In this document: piece after piece, positions 12,377-22,900 of the stretch
How positions within the stretch are numbered: position 1 is the first letter of the stretch
How the letters are laid out: each line of letters starts with the position of its first letter
DNA from: Sanchytrium tribonematis
Lineage: Eukaryota
Assembly (NCBI GenBank): GCA_018985235.1
Contig: JADGIG010000045.1
Location: 1-32,145 of the forward strand
DNA length: 32,145 nucleotides
Direction: 5' to 3'
Notes under the pieces: model-generated
Seen by the model: the letters and a program-made list of their open reading frames with translations, nothing else
The model's database searches: none
What the model was told of the DNA's origin: nothing
Program-made: the position numbers and the translations under genes

Positions 12377-14204
12377 ATGAATTCTATTTTTTTAACCACA
12401 AAAACTTTAAATTTCTTGCAACTTAGGTATAATGTCACCAAAGATGACAAAATGTTTGCAAAAATAGACTTGGAGACTATTCAGTCACATATTGACAATA
12501 ATCCCTATACTTCTGAATTTTTGGACTTTAAGGAAAAAATTTATGAGGCTAAGGCTTGTTTCGTAATCAAAGATGTATACTGGAAGAGTGGAAAAAACTA
12601 CGAAATAACATTTGATGAACCTGAAATTGCAATGGTTGAGCCCACTAACGCAAATGCAACTAGTGAGCCTTCAAAGCCTATATTTTTGAAAGAAATTCCA
12701 ATTATAATAGAAAAAAGCTGGATTGCACCGACGAGACATGACAAAACCATGTTAAAAACGGAAGAATTCAAGCTCACTAAAATGTTATTACACAAAAACC
12801 ACATTGAAAAGAAATTCATAGAAGTTAAAGAAAAAGTGTTTATAGATAAAGGGAGCCAAGTTGCAGCTACTCATTATTTGAACCGAAAATTACAGTATAG
12901 CACCAAACATCTAGAATCTAGTCAGATAAAAGAAATCTGTGCTCGCGACAACTTTTTATCTTTCGTGAAAGAAGCTGAGCAGCTTATTACAAAAGACATA
13001 GAATTCGAAGAGCTATTGTTTAAGTCCGCAATAAAGTCTTCCGACATATTTATTAGCAACAAAGACAAATTAACCGATTTGACTTCATTTAGTTTAAATG
13101 AAGAGTCTGGTGGAGAATCAATATTCGCAACCTGTATATTATTTGTACCAGAACAATGCGACAAAACGATTTGTAGTTTTGGCAATATAAAAGTCGACTG
13201 CGAATCAATTGTTTTATGTAAATGGTACTCCAAAGATATTATTGCACCAGAGAAAGTTTACCGCGATAAATTCGGAATCACAACATTTAGTATTTATCAG
13301 GGAAAAACAATTGTGGCTGGCTTTCAGGATGGAAGTATAAAATTTATAGACTTGGAAACATTTGATTGCGTCAGCGCCAAAAAAGAAGTTAAGGCAACTC
13401 AAAATCGTGCACCAATAGGCTTCATTCTAATTGAAGGAGACGAATTAATTGCCATCTCGACAAAATTTGAGATCTCTAAATATCTCATGAAAGACTCGGC
13501 ATTAGAATTAATTTCAAACGTATTTCTTTGTAATTTAGTATACATCCAAAATATCTTCGCTGTGCCTCCATGCAGAAGTTATTAGGGCTCAAAGAGCCAT
13601 AAAATTATCAGATGATATTGGAAATTTGTTTTCCACAAATATTGAGGAGACGAAGGTTCTCGTTGAAGATCCGATTCGATTGCCATTTGCTATATCATTC
13701 ATAACCGAAAATCCAGTAATTGATGATCTCATTCTTGTAGGTTCCACTGGGGTTTTAGTCATATATAGAAACCAAGTAGAAATTCACCGCTTATCTGTCG
13801 ATGTACAATTTACGTGTGGTAAATGGAGTCCCACAAGACCAAGCGTATTTTTTACAACCTCAAAAGATGGCAATTTTTATGTCTTCGATTTGTTACAAAA
13901 TGACGAAAGCCCTCTAGAAGTCAAGGCAATTAGTTCCAGTAGAATTATAAGCATGGATCTTCAAACATTTTCCAACAAACAGTTTGCATGTTTGGGTTCC
14001 CAAGATGGGTCCTCTCATATTCTTAAAATTCCTAAAGAGTTTTGTAAGCAATTCAAGTCCAATGCTAAAGAGTATGAAACCTATCTAACCAATCTAGAAG
14101 TCTCTAAAGAAACACTTTCGGAATTTCAAATCCCAACAACGAAAAAAGATTTGATCTTTGACGATGTCGACGAAATACTCTCAAAAATGGTTAAATCAAA
14201 ATAA
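12377..14204 (+). CDS. WDR63/DNAI3 (IC140)-like axonemal dynein intermediate chain; join(12377..13519,13539..14204), 602 aa
   Basis: N-terminal IFLTTKT...TSEF...KSGKNY matches the recalled WDR63 N-terminus. C-terminal WSPTRPSVFF...DG...FDLL is a dynein IC WD40 motif. The intron joins the two track ORFs in frame. Confidence 0.75.
13520..13538 (+). other. 19-nt spliceosomal intron (phase 0)
   Basis: gtatttctttgtaatttag. After removal the frame reads YTSKISSLCLHAEVIRAQRAIKLSDDIGN into ORF 13626..14204. Confidence 0.88.
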
Positions 14205-15560
14205 ATCATCAAACTTCCTCACATAAATACTATGATTCATGACTATGGTTAGTGTTTGACTAAACACAAATAAATTATAAGAGGAAACCACACTCGACAA
14301 GTTTGATTCATGACGCATAATCCCATTTTTATCAAATATAATCAATTTAAGATAATCTTCATCCTGGAATAAACTAACTAAATACTTGCCGTTAAATTTT
14401 AGTAATCCGGATTGATATCTATAATTGATTATAGCTTTGTCCGAGGACGCTAAGCACAGCACGCTATTGTTTGCAATTCCAACCAAGTATGGGTCATTCA
14501 ATGTTTCAACCAAAATTTTAAAGTTTAGAGGATTGTTAACCTTGAGAAATTCGACTTGAGGTAATGATTTTAGGTCAATCAAAGTACCTAAATTAATATT
14601 CTCATCGGTTTCTACAACGTTTGTTTCAATCAGATTTGGATACGATTTACAAAACGCAATTAGTTTTTTATCATCAGCATCAGGAACCTTATTTTGAACC
14701 AAACACAAAATCCAATGAAAAAATTCCAAAACACAAGTGTAATAGTCTTGATTTTTTTCAAAAATGGCCTCATTTGATTTTAATATTGAAAGACTTTTGC
14801 TTGTAATGTCATCAGAAGTCTTGTCCCATTCGAATGTAAGGGCAAACAAAGATCTGCTAAATCCCACTAACGAAATGTATTTCTCTTTCAGATCTAATTG
14901 ATGATTTATCCACAAATCGTATAAATCTGCTAGCATATTTAAATTTTTTTGGTAGCTTTGGATGGTGACGTAAGTCGAAATATAAAAGAGCATCAATTGA
15001 TTGTTCCCAAATAAAATATGCTGCGCTATACTCTTTATAGCCAGACCAGTTCGATGATCTTCAGTCTCATTACTTGCCTCGAATTTTAAATTGACGCATT
15101 CTTTTAAATGCAAGTACACCTGCTTCAATATTCCATCGATGTCCAATTCTATTTTTTCGACCTGTGCTTTTGATTCTTGTATAATATGCAATTGATTTAT
15201 AAAATCTGCTTTGACATTAAATGCTTTTCCAAGGACAATATTGCCAAGACTTGTATAGCCACATTTAGACAATACAATCGATTTCGCGCTATGTGACTCA
15301 ATCAAATAACCATATTTAGTGTAAGCAAAAATACCATTTCCGGTATTGGTAAATATGTACTCTCCAATTATTGTGGCATGTTGAATAGATTCAGTTTTTT
15401 CAAATGCAGAGATCTGATCAATATATACATACCAGGTGTCCGTGGTCCAGCCAACGCTCATGATACTGCTTTCTAGCACACTGCAATCTTTGACGTCTCT
15501 ATCTAATGTTAATAATATTTCTCCCCATTCGTTGAGAATATTTTTAAAATGGCAAAACAT
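14196..15560 (-). CDS. Divergent anaphase-promoting complex subunit 4 (Apc4)-like protein
   Basis: HILFGNNQLMLFY...YVTIQSYQK, EFFHWIL and DDKKLIAF resemble recalled Apc4 long-domain segments, flanked by beta-rich regions. Confidence 0.45.
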   Translation of the reverse strand: MFCHFKNILNEWGEILLTLDRDVKDCSVLESSIMSVGWTTDTWYVYIDQISAFEKTESIQHATIIGEYIFTNTGNGIFAYTKYGYLIESHSAKSIVLSKCGYTSLGNIVLGKAFNVKADFINQLHIIQESKAQVEKIELDIDGILKQVYLHLKECVNLKFEASNETEDHRTGLAIKSIAQHILFGNNQLMLFYISTYVTIQSYQKNLNMLADLYDLWINHQLDLKEKYISLVGFSRSLFALTFEWDKTSDDITSKSLSILKSNEAIFEKNQDYYTCVLEFFHWILCLVQNKVPDADDKKLIAFCKSYPNLIETNVVETDENINLGTLIDLKSLPQVEFLKVNNPLNFKILVETLNDPYLVGIANNSVLCLASSDKAIINYRYQSGLLKFNGKYLVSLFQDEDYLKLIIFDKNGIMRHESNLSSVVSSYNLFVFSQTLTIVMNHSIYVRKFDDLF

Positions 15561-15698
15561 TCTGTTTTAAGATTATAGGTTCAAAATTTGGCCACCTTAA
15601 ATTCCCATAAATGTTACAAATTGTAAATGAAATAATAATAATCAAATTACAAATTATATACTGCACAAATATAGAAATTGGCAAAGTTTTTGTAACAT

Positions 15699-18497
15699 AT
15701 GAGTCAGTTGATAAATGTATTTTCCTGCAATCAGGCAGATCAGACCATAAAATTTATATCATGCATAGCAATAGATCAATATATTGTTTGCGGTGGTTAT
15801 GATGGTACTGTACATGTCCTGAAATATCAAAATTTAAAATCTCCTATCATTCAAGATGAGGAAAGCATGCAACTCAATTCTAAAGCCTTACAATATTCTA
15901 AATTATTATCGTACCAAGCACACAAAGTAATGATAATGAATTTAGACACTAGGGATAATATTGTTGTGAGCGCTGCGTTAGATGGCAGTATTTATTGGTA
16001 CCAAATTGACACAAATCAAATATATCAGCTTCAGTTAAATAGACCGGTCAAGGGAATTCAGCTCTATGGTCAATCAAGCTCTTTTATATCCAGGACGAGT
16101 CAACCGCAGTTCATTTATACCAACGAGCATCGTTTGGCTTATAATACATCGTCGCTATTGAATAATTCTAAAAATGTTGTTTATTTTGAGGAATCGGAGC
16201 CTATTGAAAATGTACATGCATTTGGGAAACTCATTGTGACCTCTAATTTAAATGAGTTGCGAATATATGAGGAAAAAACGTTGATTTATATTGTCAAAAA
16301 AGATTTAGAAATGGTCCCTCAAGTTCAAATATATGAAAATACTGTGATTGTGGGCTGGAAAAATTGGGTTGCCATGTTTGCTGTTAACAACAGAAAAGTA
16401 GAACTAATATTTGAAGCAAATTTAGGAATTTTGATTTGTGGAGTGGGTCTCCTAGAAGACAAAGTCTTAATATTAGGCTATCCTAGAAATGATGTCAAAG
16501 GTATCTCTGTAAATTCTATAATGAAAGTTTTTGATTTCGAGTCAGATATTGAGAATCATGTTGCTTTGAAAGAACTTGACCATGAATTTACAAAGGAAAT
16601 GCCACTTTTAGCTTTACTTAATCCCAGAAATTTAGAAGCTTTTGAGCAAGTTTTTGCTCTCAAAATTCCAGACTTTAAAAATATCAGACCATCCGAGTAT
16701 AAATTTCTATGCAAAAATGGAATTTTTAGCATTTCTACTCCACAAATTATGTTGTTAGGACAGCCCACCACAATTCAAGACCAAGTTGGTTTGCTCGTGA
16801 AAGACAATAAAGTGGAACAAGCATTTCAATTGCTTATTAAGATAACAGATCCTATTGCTTACAGGACATCAAAACTTCATAAGTTTGAAGACGAAGTTTT
16901 CCTTTATCGTTTTCCCAAAGAATACCGTATCTTGTCTCATAAAATAGGCATTACCCTGATGAACCTTCTTTATGAAAATGAACGCTATGAAGATTGTGCA
17001 GCACTTGCGCCTAGCATTTTAACTCAAGATTGGAAAGAATGGCTGGTCAAGTTTAAAAATACTGGTCACATAAAGATTTTAGCTGCTGTAATACCATTTG
17101 AAAGTAATTATTTGGATGAAATCAACTTACTTATTGACTATCTGAAAGAAGATGATTTAGAATCGTTGATGAGCTTTGTTTCTGAACTACCAATTGATCA
17201 AATTCCGTTTGCTGATGAATTAATTATAGAACTTGAATCTTTGCATCATTCTAAGAAACATCCTCAAAAGCATACTATTCTGGAAACTTTAGAAATCTTA
17301 TATGAGAAAACACTAAAATATGACAAGCTGATTATAACTTTGCTCGAGTTAAAAAGTTACGATAAGGCGTACAAACTTATTGCAGAATATCCCTATTTAT
17401 TGCCAAATGTATTGCAATGTAGAGCATTGTTTTGGATGGAACTTAACGACTTTGTTGCCAGTAATCAAGAACGATATGAAGAATTAGATTTAAAATTTGT
17501 TCATTATTTTAAAACTCAAACCAATAAAACAGCGGAAAAACTGTATCATTCTGTGCCTATGAAATTAGTGATTCATGAGATAGAGCATTTAAGTGTTCAA
17601 AACATTGCTAATCAATTGAAAGAAGTTCCAAAACATTTATTTGTGTTTTTACATGTATTATTTGAGTACGATTCCAAAAAATTCACAGAATATCACAACA
17701 TGCTACTAGAATTATATGCTGAATTTGATCATCATAAATTAATGAGTTTTTTAAGGTCATCGAGCAATTATTCTCTAGAAAAAGCAGTAAATATCTGCGA
17801 GTCGAGGGCATTTGTAAACGAGACCTTATTTTTATATGGGAGAATGGGTAATTCCAAGGGAGCAGTAAAAACAATTTTGGAAAAGTTAAAGGACTACAAG
17901 TTGGCAATTGATTTCGCAAAGGAACAAAAAGATCCTAACGTCTGGGAAGAACTTGTCACTTATGCGACCAAATATCCTATCTTTTGGCCATATCTATTAG
18001 AACATGGTTCATTTGATGTGGCACCTTTGAAATTAGTTGAAAATATACCAAATAATGCCAAAATTGAGAACTTAAAGAGCCTTTTGTTGAAGGTGATGAA
18101 CAGCTGCAATATTGAGATTGCACTATCCCATGTCTGCTCGACTATAATGATTAATGATTGCCTGGCTAAAATGAAAAGCCATACGAAACATTCTCTCGAC
18201 TCATCATTTGTGCAACTCACAAAGGATGACCTGGAACTTGAACACACCTATTTACTATTCGGGTGTGGACATGTATTCAGTGAATCCTCAGATAAATCAT
18301 CTTCGCAGAATACGGAATTACGTCAACGATCAAATTCTCTATCCAGTATTTCATCGACATCAACTGTTAGGAAATTTCGGAAAAATACCAGGCAATTAAA
18401 AATCCTTGTGGAGTCAGAAAGGCTAAGGCAAGTCGCAGAAAACCCTGAAGTCGAATGTCCAGTTTGTATTCGAACTGCAAGTTTAATAAATAATTGA
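15699..18497 (+). CDS. VPS41: HOPS subunit Vps41
   Basis: N-terminal WD40, clathrin heavy-chain repeat (LELYAEFDHHKLMSFLRSSSNYSLEKA; LYGRMGN; AIDFAKEQKDPNVWEEL) and a C-terminal degenerate RING (CGHVF...CPVC). Confidence 0.9.
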   Translation: MSQLINVFSCNQADQTIKFISCIAIDQYIVCGGYDGTVHVLKYQNLKSPIIQDEESMQLNSKALQYSKLLSYQAHKVMIMNLDTRDNIVVSAALDGSIYWYQIDTNQIYQLQLNRPVKGIQLYGQSSSFISRTSQPQFIYTNEHRLAYNTSSLLNNSKNVVYFEESEPIENVHAFGKLIVTSNLNELRIYEEKTLIYIVKKDLEMVPQVQIYENTVIVGWKNWVAMFAVNNRKVELIFEANLGILICGVGLLEDKVLILGYPRNDVKGISVNSIMKVFDFESDIENHVALKELDHEFTKEMPLLALLNPRNLEAFEQVFALKIPDFKNIRPSEYKFLCKNGIFSISTPQIMLLGQPTTIQDQVGLLVKDNKVEQAFQLLIKITDPIAYRTSKLHKFEDEVFLYRFPKEYRILSHKIGITLMNLLYENERYEDCAALAPSILTQDWKEWLVKFKNTGHIKILAAVIPFESNYLDEINLLIDYLKEDDLESLMSFVSELPIDQIPFADELIIELESLHHSKKHPQKHTILETLEILYEKTLKYDKLIITLLELKSYDKAYKLIAEYPYLLPNVLQCRALFWMELNDFVASNQERYEELDLKFVHYFKTQTNKTAEKLYHSVPMKLVIHEIEHLSVQNIANQLKEVPKHLFVFLHVLFEYDSKKFTEYHNMLLELYAEFDHHKLMSFLRSSSNYSLEKAVNICESRAFVNETLFLYGRMGNSKGAVKTILEKLKDYKLAIDFAKEQKDPNVWEELVTYATKYPIFWPYLLEHGSFDVAPLKLVENIPNNAKIENLKSLLLKVMNSCNIEIALSHVCSTIMINDCLAKMKSHTKHSLDSSFVQLTKDDLELEHTYLLFGCGHVFSESSDKSSSQNTELRQRSNSLSSISSTSTVRKFRKNTRQLKILVESERLRQVAENPEVECPVCIRTASLINN

Positions 18498-18524
18498 AAC
18501 ACTCCAGCTGAAACTTAAAATTTA

Positions 18525-19940
18525 ATGATTCACTCGCCTACCGAAAGTTCGTTTGCTTCTTCGGTTCATGAGCAGATCAAACCTTTCAATATGAAAAAAT
18601 ATACATCGCTTTTACCCAGTATAGTTTTATATTTTGCAGTGTTGTTGCTTTTAAAGGATAACGTGATTGCATTATTCTGTGCATTGTTTGTCGCTATAAT
18701 TGGAACTGAACTAAAATTAAGTATCATCATTTTGATGGCATTACTCGTGCTAAGCATCACGGTAGAATTGCCAGAACTGCTCAGCGGATATCAAGAACCA
18801 ACTCTATTTTTGGTTTGGAGTGCTTTTCATTTGGGAACTGCAATCCAAATTCACCTGAGCTCCCATATTTCTATTTTTTTATTGTACAAATTCTGTTTTT
18901 CATGGTACAGTATGTCATTATGCATCATTGGCTTAGAATTATTATTTGCATCTGTAATTCCTTCCAATACAGCCAGAGGAGGTCTTATTTTGCCAATCGT
19001 TCAACACATGATGGACATGTTAGATTTGTCTTACGGTACATACCTGACTCTGCTCGCTGCTTTTGCAAATCTTATTTCTGCAAGCACTTGGATGTTTGGC
19101 ATGGCCACAAATAGCTTAATCATTGAATTCATGACTAATTACAAATCTATAAAATTTACATTCTTCGACTGGTTAAGTGGAGCAATATTGCCTACGCTTG
19201 TAATCTCAATTAGTTTACCATTTATCCTTAAATACTTTTTATTGAAAGATGTTCCAGATCATGTACCAATGCTCAGGAATCAGATTACCGCAGATTTTTT
19301 ACAGCTCCCTAAACTTAATTGGAAGCAATTCGCCTTGATCGGAATACTTTTGGGCTGTCTAGTTTTATGGATGTCTCATCAAATCCACAATATCTCTTCT
19401 ACTATTATTTCAATGTTTGGATTGTTACTTCTTTTGTCTCTTGACATTATTTCTTGGGACGATGTTCTTAAAAACAAACAAGCATGGGATGCATTTTTCT
19501 GGTTAGGTGGGTTTATATCAATTGTAAATATCTTACAATCTCATAATATTACCAGTATAATAGGCAGTGCGATTGGCGAGATGATGCAATTTATTCACTC
19601 ACCCATACTAACAACTATGATTTTGACTAGTATTTACTTCTTCAGCATGTACATGTTTTCGGGTTGTTCGTCACATTTATTAGCTTTGGCCCCACCGATT
19701 CTCATGTCCGGAATACAACTGGGTTGCCCACCAAAATTGCTTTTGGCTTTAATGGCCTATTTCACTACGTTGAGTGGGTTATTAACGTATTATTCTTCCG
19801 GCCCAATAGTCATGTATTATTCATTAAATCTTGTGCAAAGCAGTACGTGGTTAAAAATGGGTTTAATTGTATCTTTATTTGTCATGTCTGTTTATTTCAC
19901 AATTGGTCTTCTTTGGTTCAAGATTCTGGGATTTTACTAA
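18525..19940 (+). CDS. DASS family di/tricarboxylate transporter (CitT/DiT1-like)
   Basis: Polytopic membrane protein with IPSNTARGG, FFDWL, ISWDDVLKNKQAWDAFFWLG and LTYYSSGP motifs. Confidence 0.85.
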   Translation: MIHSPTESSFASSVHEQIKPFNMKKYTSLLPSIVLYFAVLLLLKDNVIALFCALFVAIIGTELKLSIIILMALLVLSITVELPELLSGYQEPTLFLVWSAFHLGTAIQIHLSSHISIFLLYKFCFSWYSMSLCIIGLELLFASVIPSNTARGGLILPIVQHMMDMLDLSYGTYLTLLAAFANLISASTWMFGMATNSLIIEFMTNYKSIKFTFFDWLSGAILPTLVISISLPFILKYFLLKDVPDHVPMLRNQITADFLQLPKLNWKQFALIGILLGCLVLWMSHQIHNISSTIISMFGLLLLLSLDIISWDDVLKNKQAWDAFFWLGGFISIVNILQSHNITSIIGSAIGEMMQFIHSPILTTMILTSIYFFSMYMFSGCSSHLLALAPPILMSGIQLGCPPKLLLALMAYFTTLSGLLTYYSSGPIVMYYSLNLVQSSTWLKMGLIVSLFVMSVYFTIGLLWFKILGFY

Positions 19941-19945
19941 TTTAA

Positions 19946-20416
19946 TCACAGAAAAATTTTTAGTCCCGAATTTATGATTAAACCAATTACACATCCAGCT
20001 TTAAATATTGTGTATTCATCAGACTTGATTCTGAGCGGGATCATTGTAAATACCGAAAATATAAACCCACTTAAAACCCCCATCAATAAATAAATGTACA
20101 AATCGTCTGGAGTTACAGCGGAAACATTTTGGGCTGTCATTTGGAGCGGATCAGATATGGTAGGCGGAGTTAGATGAACCATATTTCCATATTGTTTTAT
20201 TCTGGAGCTATAGAACGCTACGCTTTTGTTTAATTTCAACTTGGTGCCAAAATGGATTATATCAAAATTTCCTTCCAACTCTGCTGGTATTAGTTCGTTT
20301 ACAAAGGTATATGGTTCAATTTGAACCTCATATGTTTTTTCCTGATATATGCACTTGATTAAGTTTAACTCTGGTTTAATATTGACGAGAGGAATTATTT
20401 CGTGATTATCTTCCAT
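19946..20416 (-). CDS. Dsc3/DUF2407-like protein (ubiquitin-like domain plus two C-terminal TM helices)
   Basis: IIHFGTKL...VH ubiquitin-like segment and LLMGVLSGFIF...AGCVIGLIIN transmembrane pair. ATG at 20416. Confidence 0.55.
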   Translation of the reverse strand: MEDNHEIIPLVNIKPELNLIKCIYQEKTYEVQIEPYTFVNELIPAELEGNFDIIHFGTKLKLNKSVAFYSSRIKQYGNMVHLTPPTISDPLQMTAQNVSAVTPDDLYIYLLMGVLSGFIFSVFTMIPLRIKSDEYTIFKAGCVIGLIINSGLKIFL

Positions 20417-20454
20417 GTTTATTCTCCTTGTTACAAAAGATTTGAGATTGAACA

Positions 20455-22431
20455 ATGCTAAGAATTTTGAGGCTGCTCGAACAGGAAGATAACTCCCTTC
20501 GGCCCTTATTTCAATTGAAAGCAACAAATTTTGATAAATGGAAATGTTCCACTAATGAATACCCTGAACTTAATAATTATTTTAAGCAATTTATTCCTTT
20601 TATTGTCAACGAATTGAGATCTCAAGCTACGATTGACGAGCCTTCGTTCTACAGATTACAACTTCTTTGTAAAAATGAGAACGTGTATGATATTATTGGG
20701 AAGAAAACGGAACAAGGAATTCAAATCAATGACAAAGTTTTTTTATATCATGGTGATATCATTGGATTGTCTACTACTCATATTTTAGACTACGTTGCTA
20801 TCGTAGAAGGATTCCAATTGATTTGTCTTCACGATTTACCAGAAAATATCAATATGACTTCTCTTTGTAATGCAGTTCCTTTTGATCGAATGTTAAGTAG
20901 TTGTGAACGACCCCATCAACTCAGAAAGACTTTTTGTCAAGTTATTGTTAATGGAGAAATTCCTGAAAATCAAAATTTGCAATTGACTGAATTCCAGGTG
21001 TCAATGCTAAGAAACCTAGTCGTAAATGAATCTCAGAAACAATTTTTGGAAGATGCGCTCACTTCAACTCTACCTATTAAGCTTTTGGTCGGACCCCCAG
21101 GAACTGGTAAATCTTATTCTATCGTACAGTATATAAACTTGTTGCAACACAAAATCGTTTGCACCGCTCCAACTAATGTTGCTGTGGTCAACCTTCTTGA
21201 AAAATACATATCTCATGGCAAACGATCTTTTATTTGGCAGGGGAACAAATTTAGGCTGCGTGACATGAACTTACTAACCAAAAGACTGGAACTGTATCAT
21301 TTAGATGCACTCGTTGATAGAATAGTAAGTGTTTTCTTCGAGTTCCAGTCAGTGAATGAGAAGATTATGAATGAGTGCGATCCAGATGAAATCAGAGCTG
21401 ATATAAAATTGCACATTATGCATTTGAAAGAGATTTTGTCCAGACTTCCAAAATGCAAAATTTATGACTTATATACTCAAAGACTTGATAGAGCTAATTC
21501 TATTATCCTGAAGCCTATTACAGCTGACAGTGTTATCGTGATTCCATCGACAATGCATGAAACGATCAGGAAGTACTGTTTTAAAATTCCATTTGAGGTA
21601 GTATTTTGCACGGTCTCCCGATGCTCTGTGATTAGAAATTTGCCCGACCATATCATTGTGGACGAAGCCTGTATGGTCGTTGAGTCAGAGTCTACCATTT
21701 TGTTTCATGAAAATCTTCAAAAACTTATTCTTGTAGGTGATCCGATGCAATTGTCTTCGACCGTCAATAATATGGAAGCAAAGAAATACGATTTCGACAA
21801 AAGTCTTTTTGATAGACTTTACTCGCTAAATTATCCCTATCAAATGTTGAATATACAATATCGCATGGTTCCAAAAATCTGCGAAATAGTTTCTAAACTC
21901 TCTTACAATAACAAACTAGAAACTGGTTGGCTTCCACCGCAATTACCGTGGCAGAATGATACTCGCTTTTCTGAAATTCAATGGATAAATGTTGAAAGTT
22001 CCCAATTAAAACATCAGCCTAGTTATAGCAACGAAATAGAGGTAGATGTAATATTTAAATATTTGAACGAATTTTTCGAGAATTATTTTGAAGTGGTTAA
22101 ATCTGCCAACTTGAAAATTGCAATCATATCACCTTACAGGAAACAAATAGAGGTAATTCAGCAAATATTGTATAATATGGAAATTGATATATCCAAACAT
22201 ATCGAATGCAATTCTATTGATGCTTTTCAGGGTCAAGAAAGAGACATTGTTATAATTTCATTAGTTCGCACTCAGGGATTAGGGTTTACAGGAGATTTAC
22301 GGCGCCTCAATGTTGCCATTAGTCGCGCAAGATTCATGGTTACGATAATAGGAGACGCTAAGAATTTTATAGGCACAAGTTGGTTCGATGTATTCAAATA
22401 CTGCCAAAGTTTTAACGCAATTTTGTCATAA
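20455..22431 (+). CDS. SF1 Upf1/Sen1-like (DNA2/NAM7) helicase
   Basis: GPPGTGKS, APTNVAV, IVDEA, VGDPMQL, SLFDRL, LNIQYRM, ISPYRKQ, IDAFQGQERD and RRLNVAISRAR. Confidence 0.9.
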   Translation: MLRILRLLEQEDNSLRPLFQLKATNFDKWKCSTNEYPELNNYFKQFIPFIVNELRSQATIDEPSFYRLQLLCKNENVYDIIGKKTEQGIQINDKVFLYHGDIIGLSTTHILDYVAIVEGFQLICLHDLPENINMTSLCNAVPFDRMLSSCERPHQLRKTFCQVIVNGEIPENQNLQLTEFQVSMLRNLVVNESQKQFLEDALTSTLPIKLLVGPPGTGKSYSIVQYINLLQHKIVCTAPTNVAVVNLLEKYISHGKRSFIWQGNKFRLRDMNLLTKRLELYHLDALVDRIVSVFFEFQSVNEKIMNECDPDEIRADIKLHIMHLKEILSRLPKCKIYDLYTQRLDRANSIILKPITADSVIVIPSTMHETIRKYCFKIPFEVVFCTVSRCSVIRNLPDHIIVDEACMVVESESTILFHENLQKLILVGDPMQLSSTVNNMEAKKYDFDKSLFDRLYSLNYPYQMLNIQYRMVPKICEIVSKLSYNNKLETGWLPPQLPWQNDTRFSEIQWINVESSQLKHQPSYSNEIEVDVIFKYLNEFFENYFEVVKSANLKIAIISPYRKQIEVIQQILYNMEIDISKHIECNSIDAFQGQERDIVIISLVRTQGLGFTGDLRRLNVAISRARFMVTIIGDAKNFIGTSWFDVFKYCQSFNAILS

Positions 22432-22438
22432 TTAAAAT

Positions 22439-22900
22439 TTATTGGAAGGTGCCATATTTTGAATCATTATAACCTATTTTTTGTCTCTTTTTGGTAACGT
22501 CATGGTTTTCAATTTTCATTTCCCGTACTTTTATTTGTTGTATATTTATTGTTCCTTGAAGTTTTTCTTTATAAATATTAATTTCACTTTCTATTGAATC
22601 AATATTTTCCTGTAATTGATTTTTTTGATATTGTTTCGATGACTCGGCTTTTTGAAATTTCATTATGGCTTCTCTCAAGTAAACATGTTTTTTTTGAAGA
22701 TTTCGTTTTGAATCTCGGATAAAATTGGCTTCATTTCCCAAAAAATCCATTTCTCTCTTTAATGACTTAATCTTTGATTTTTGAAGCATGATTCTTTGAT
22801 GAAGTATATCCGCTTCAGTGGACTTGGTTTGTATTAGCTCAGTCATTTGACAAATGTCTTTCTCTGAGAATTTTTGAGTGGATGATAATTTTTGGCCCAT
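22439..22900 (-). CDS. Small coiled-coil protein of unknown function (start uncertain)
   Basis: K/E/Q-rich heptad-like ORF. ATG 22900 gives MGQKLSS, an N-myristoylation-like motif. An upstream exon from 23015 is also possible. Confidence 0.55.
   Translation of the reverse strand: MGQKLSSTQKFSEKDICQMTELIQTKSTEADILHQRIMLQKSKIKSLKREMDFLGNEANFIRDSKRNLQKKHVYLREAIMKFQKAESSKQYQKNQLQENIDSIESEINIYKEKLQGTINIQQIKVREMKIENHDVTKKRQKIGYNDSKYGTFQ

Noticed and set aside
13520..13626. Split ORFs (WDR63-like, Rvs161, PRE9, Exo70) read as pseudogenes or programmed frameshifts
   Set aside because: Each break coincides with a 19-nt GT..TAG segment sharing one 3' consensus, and several of the genes are core housekeeping genes.
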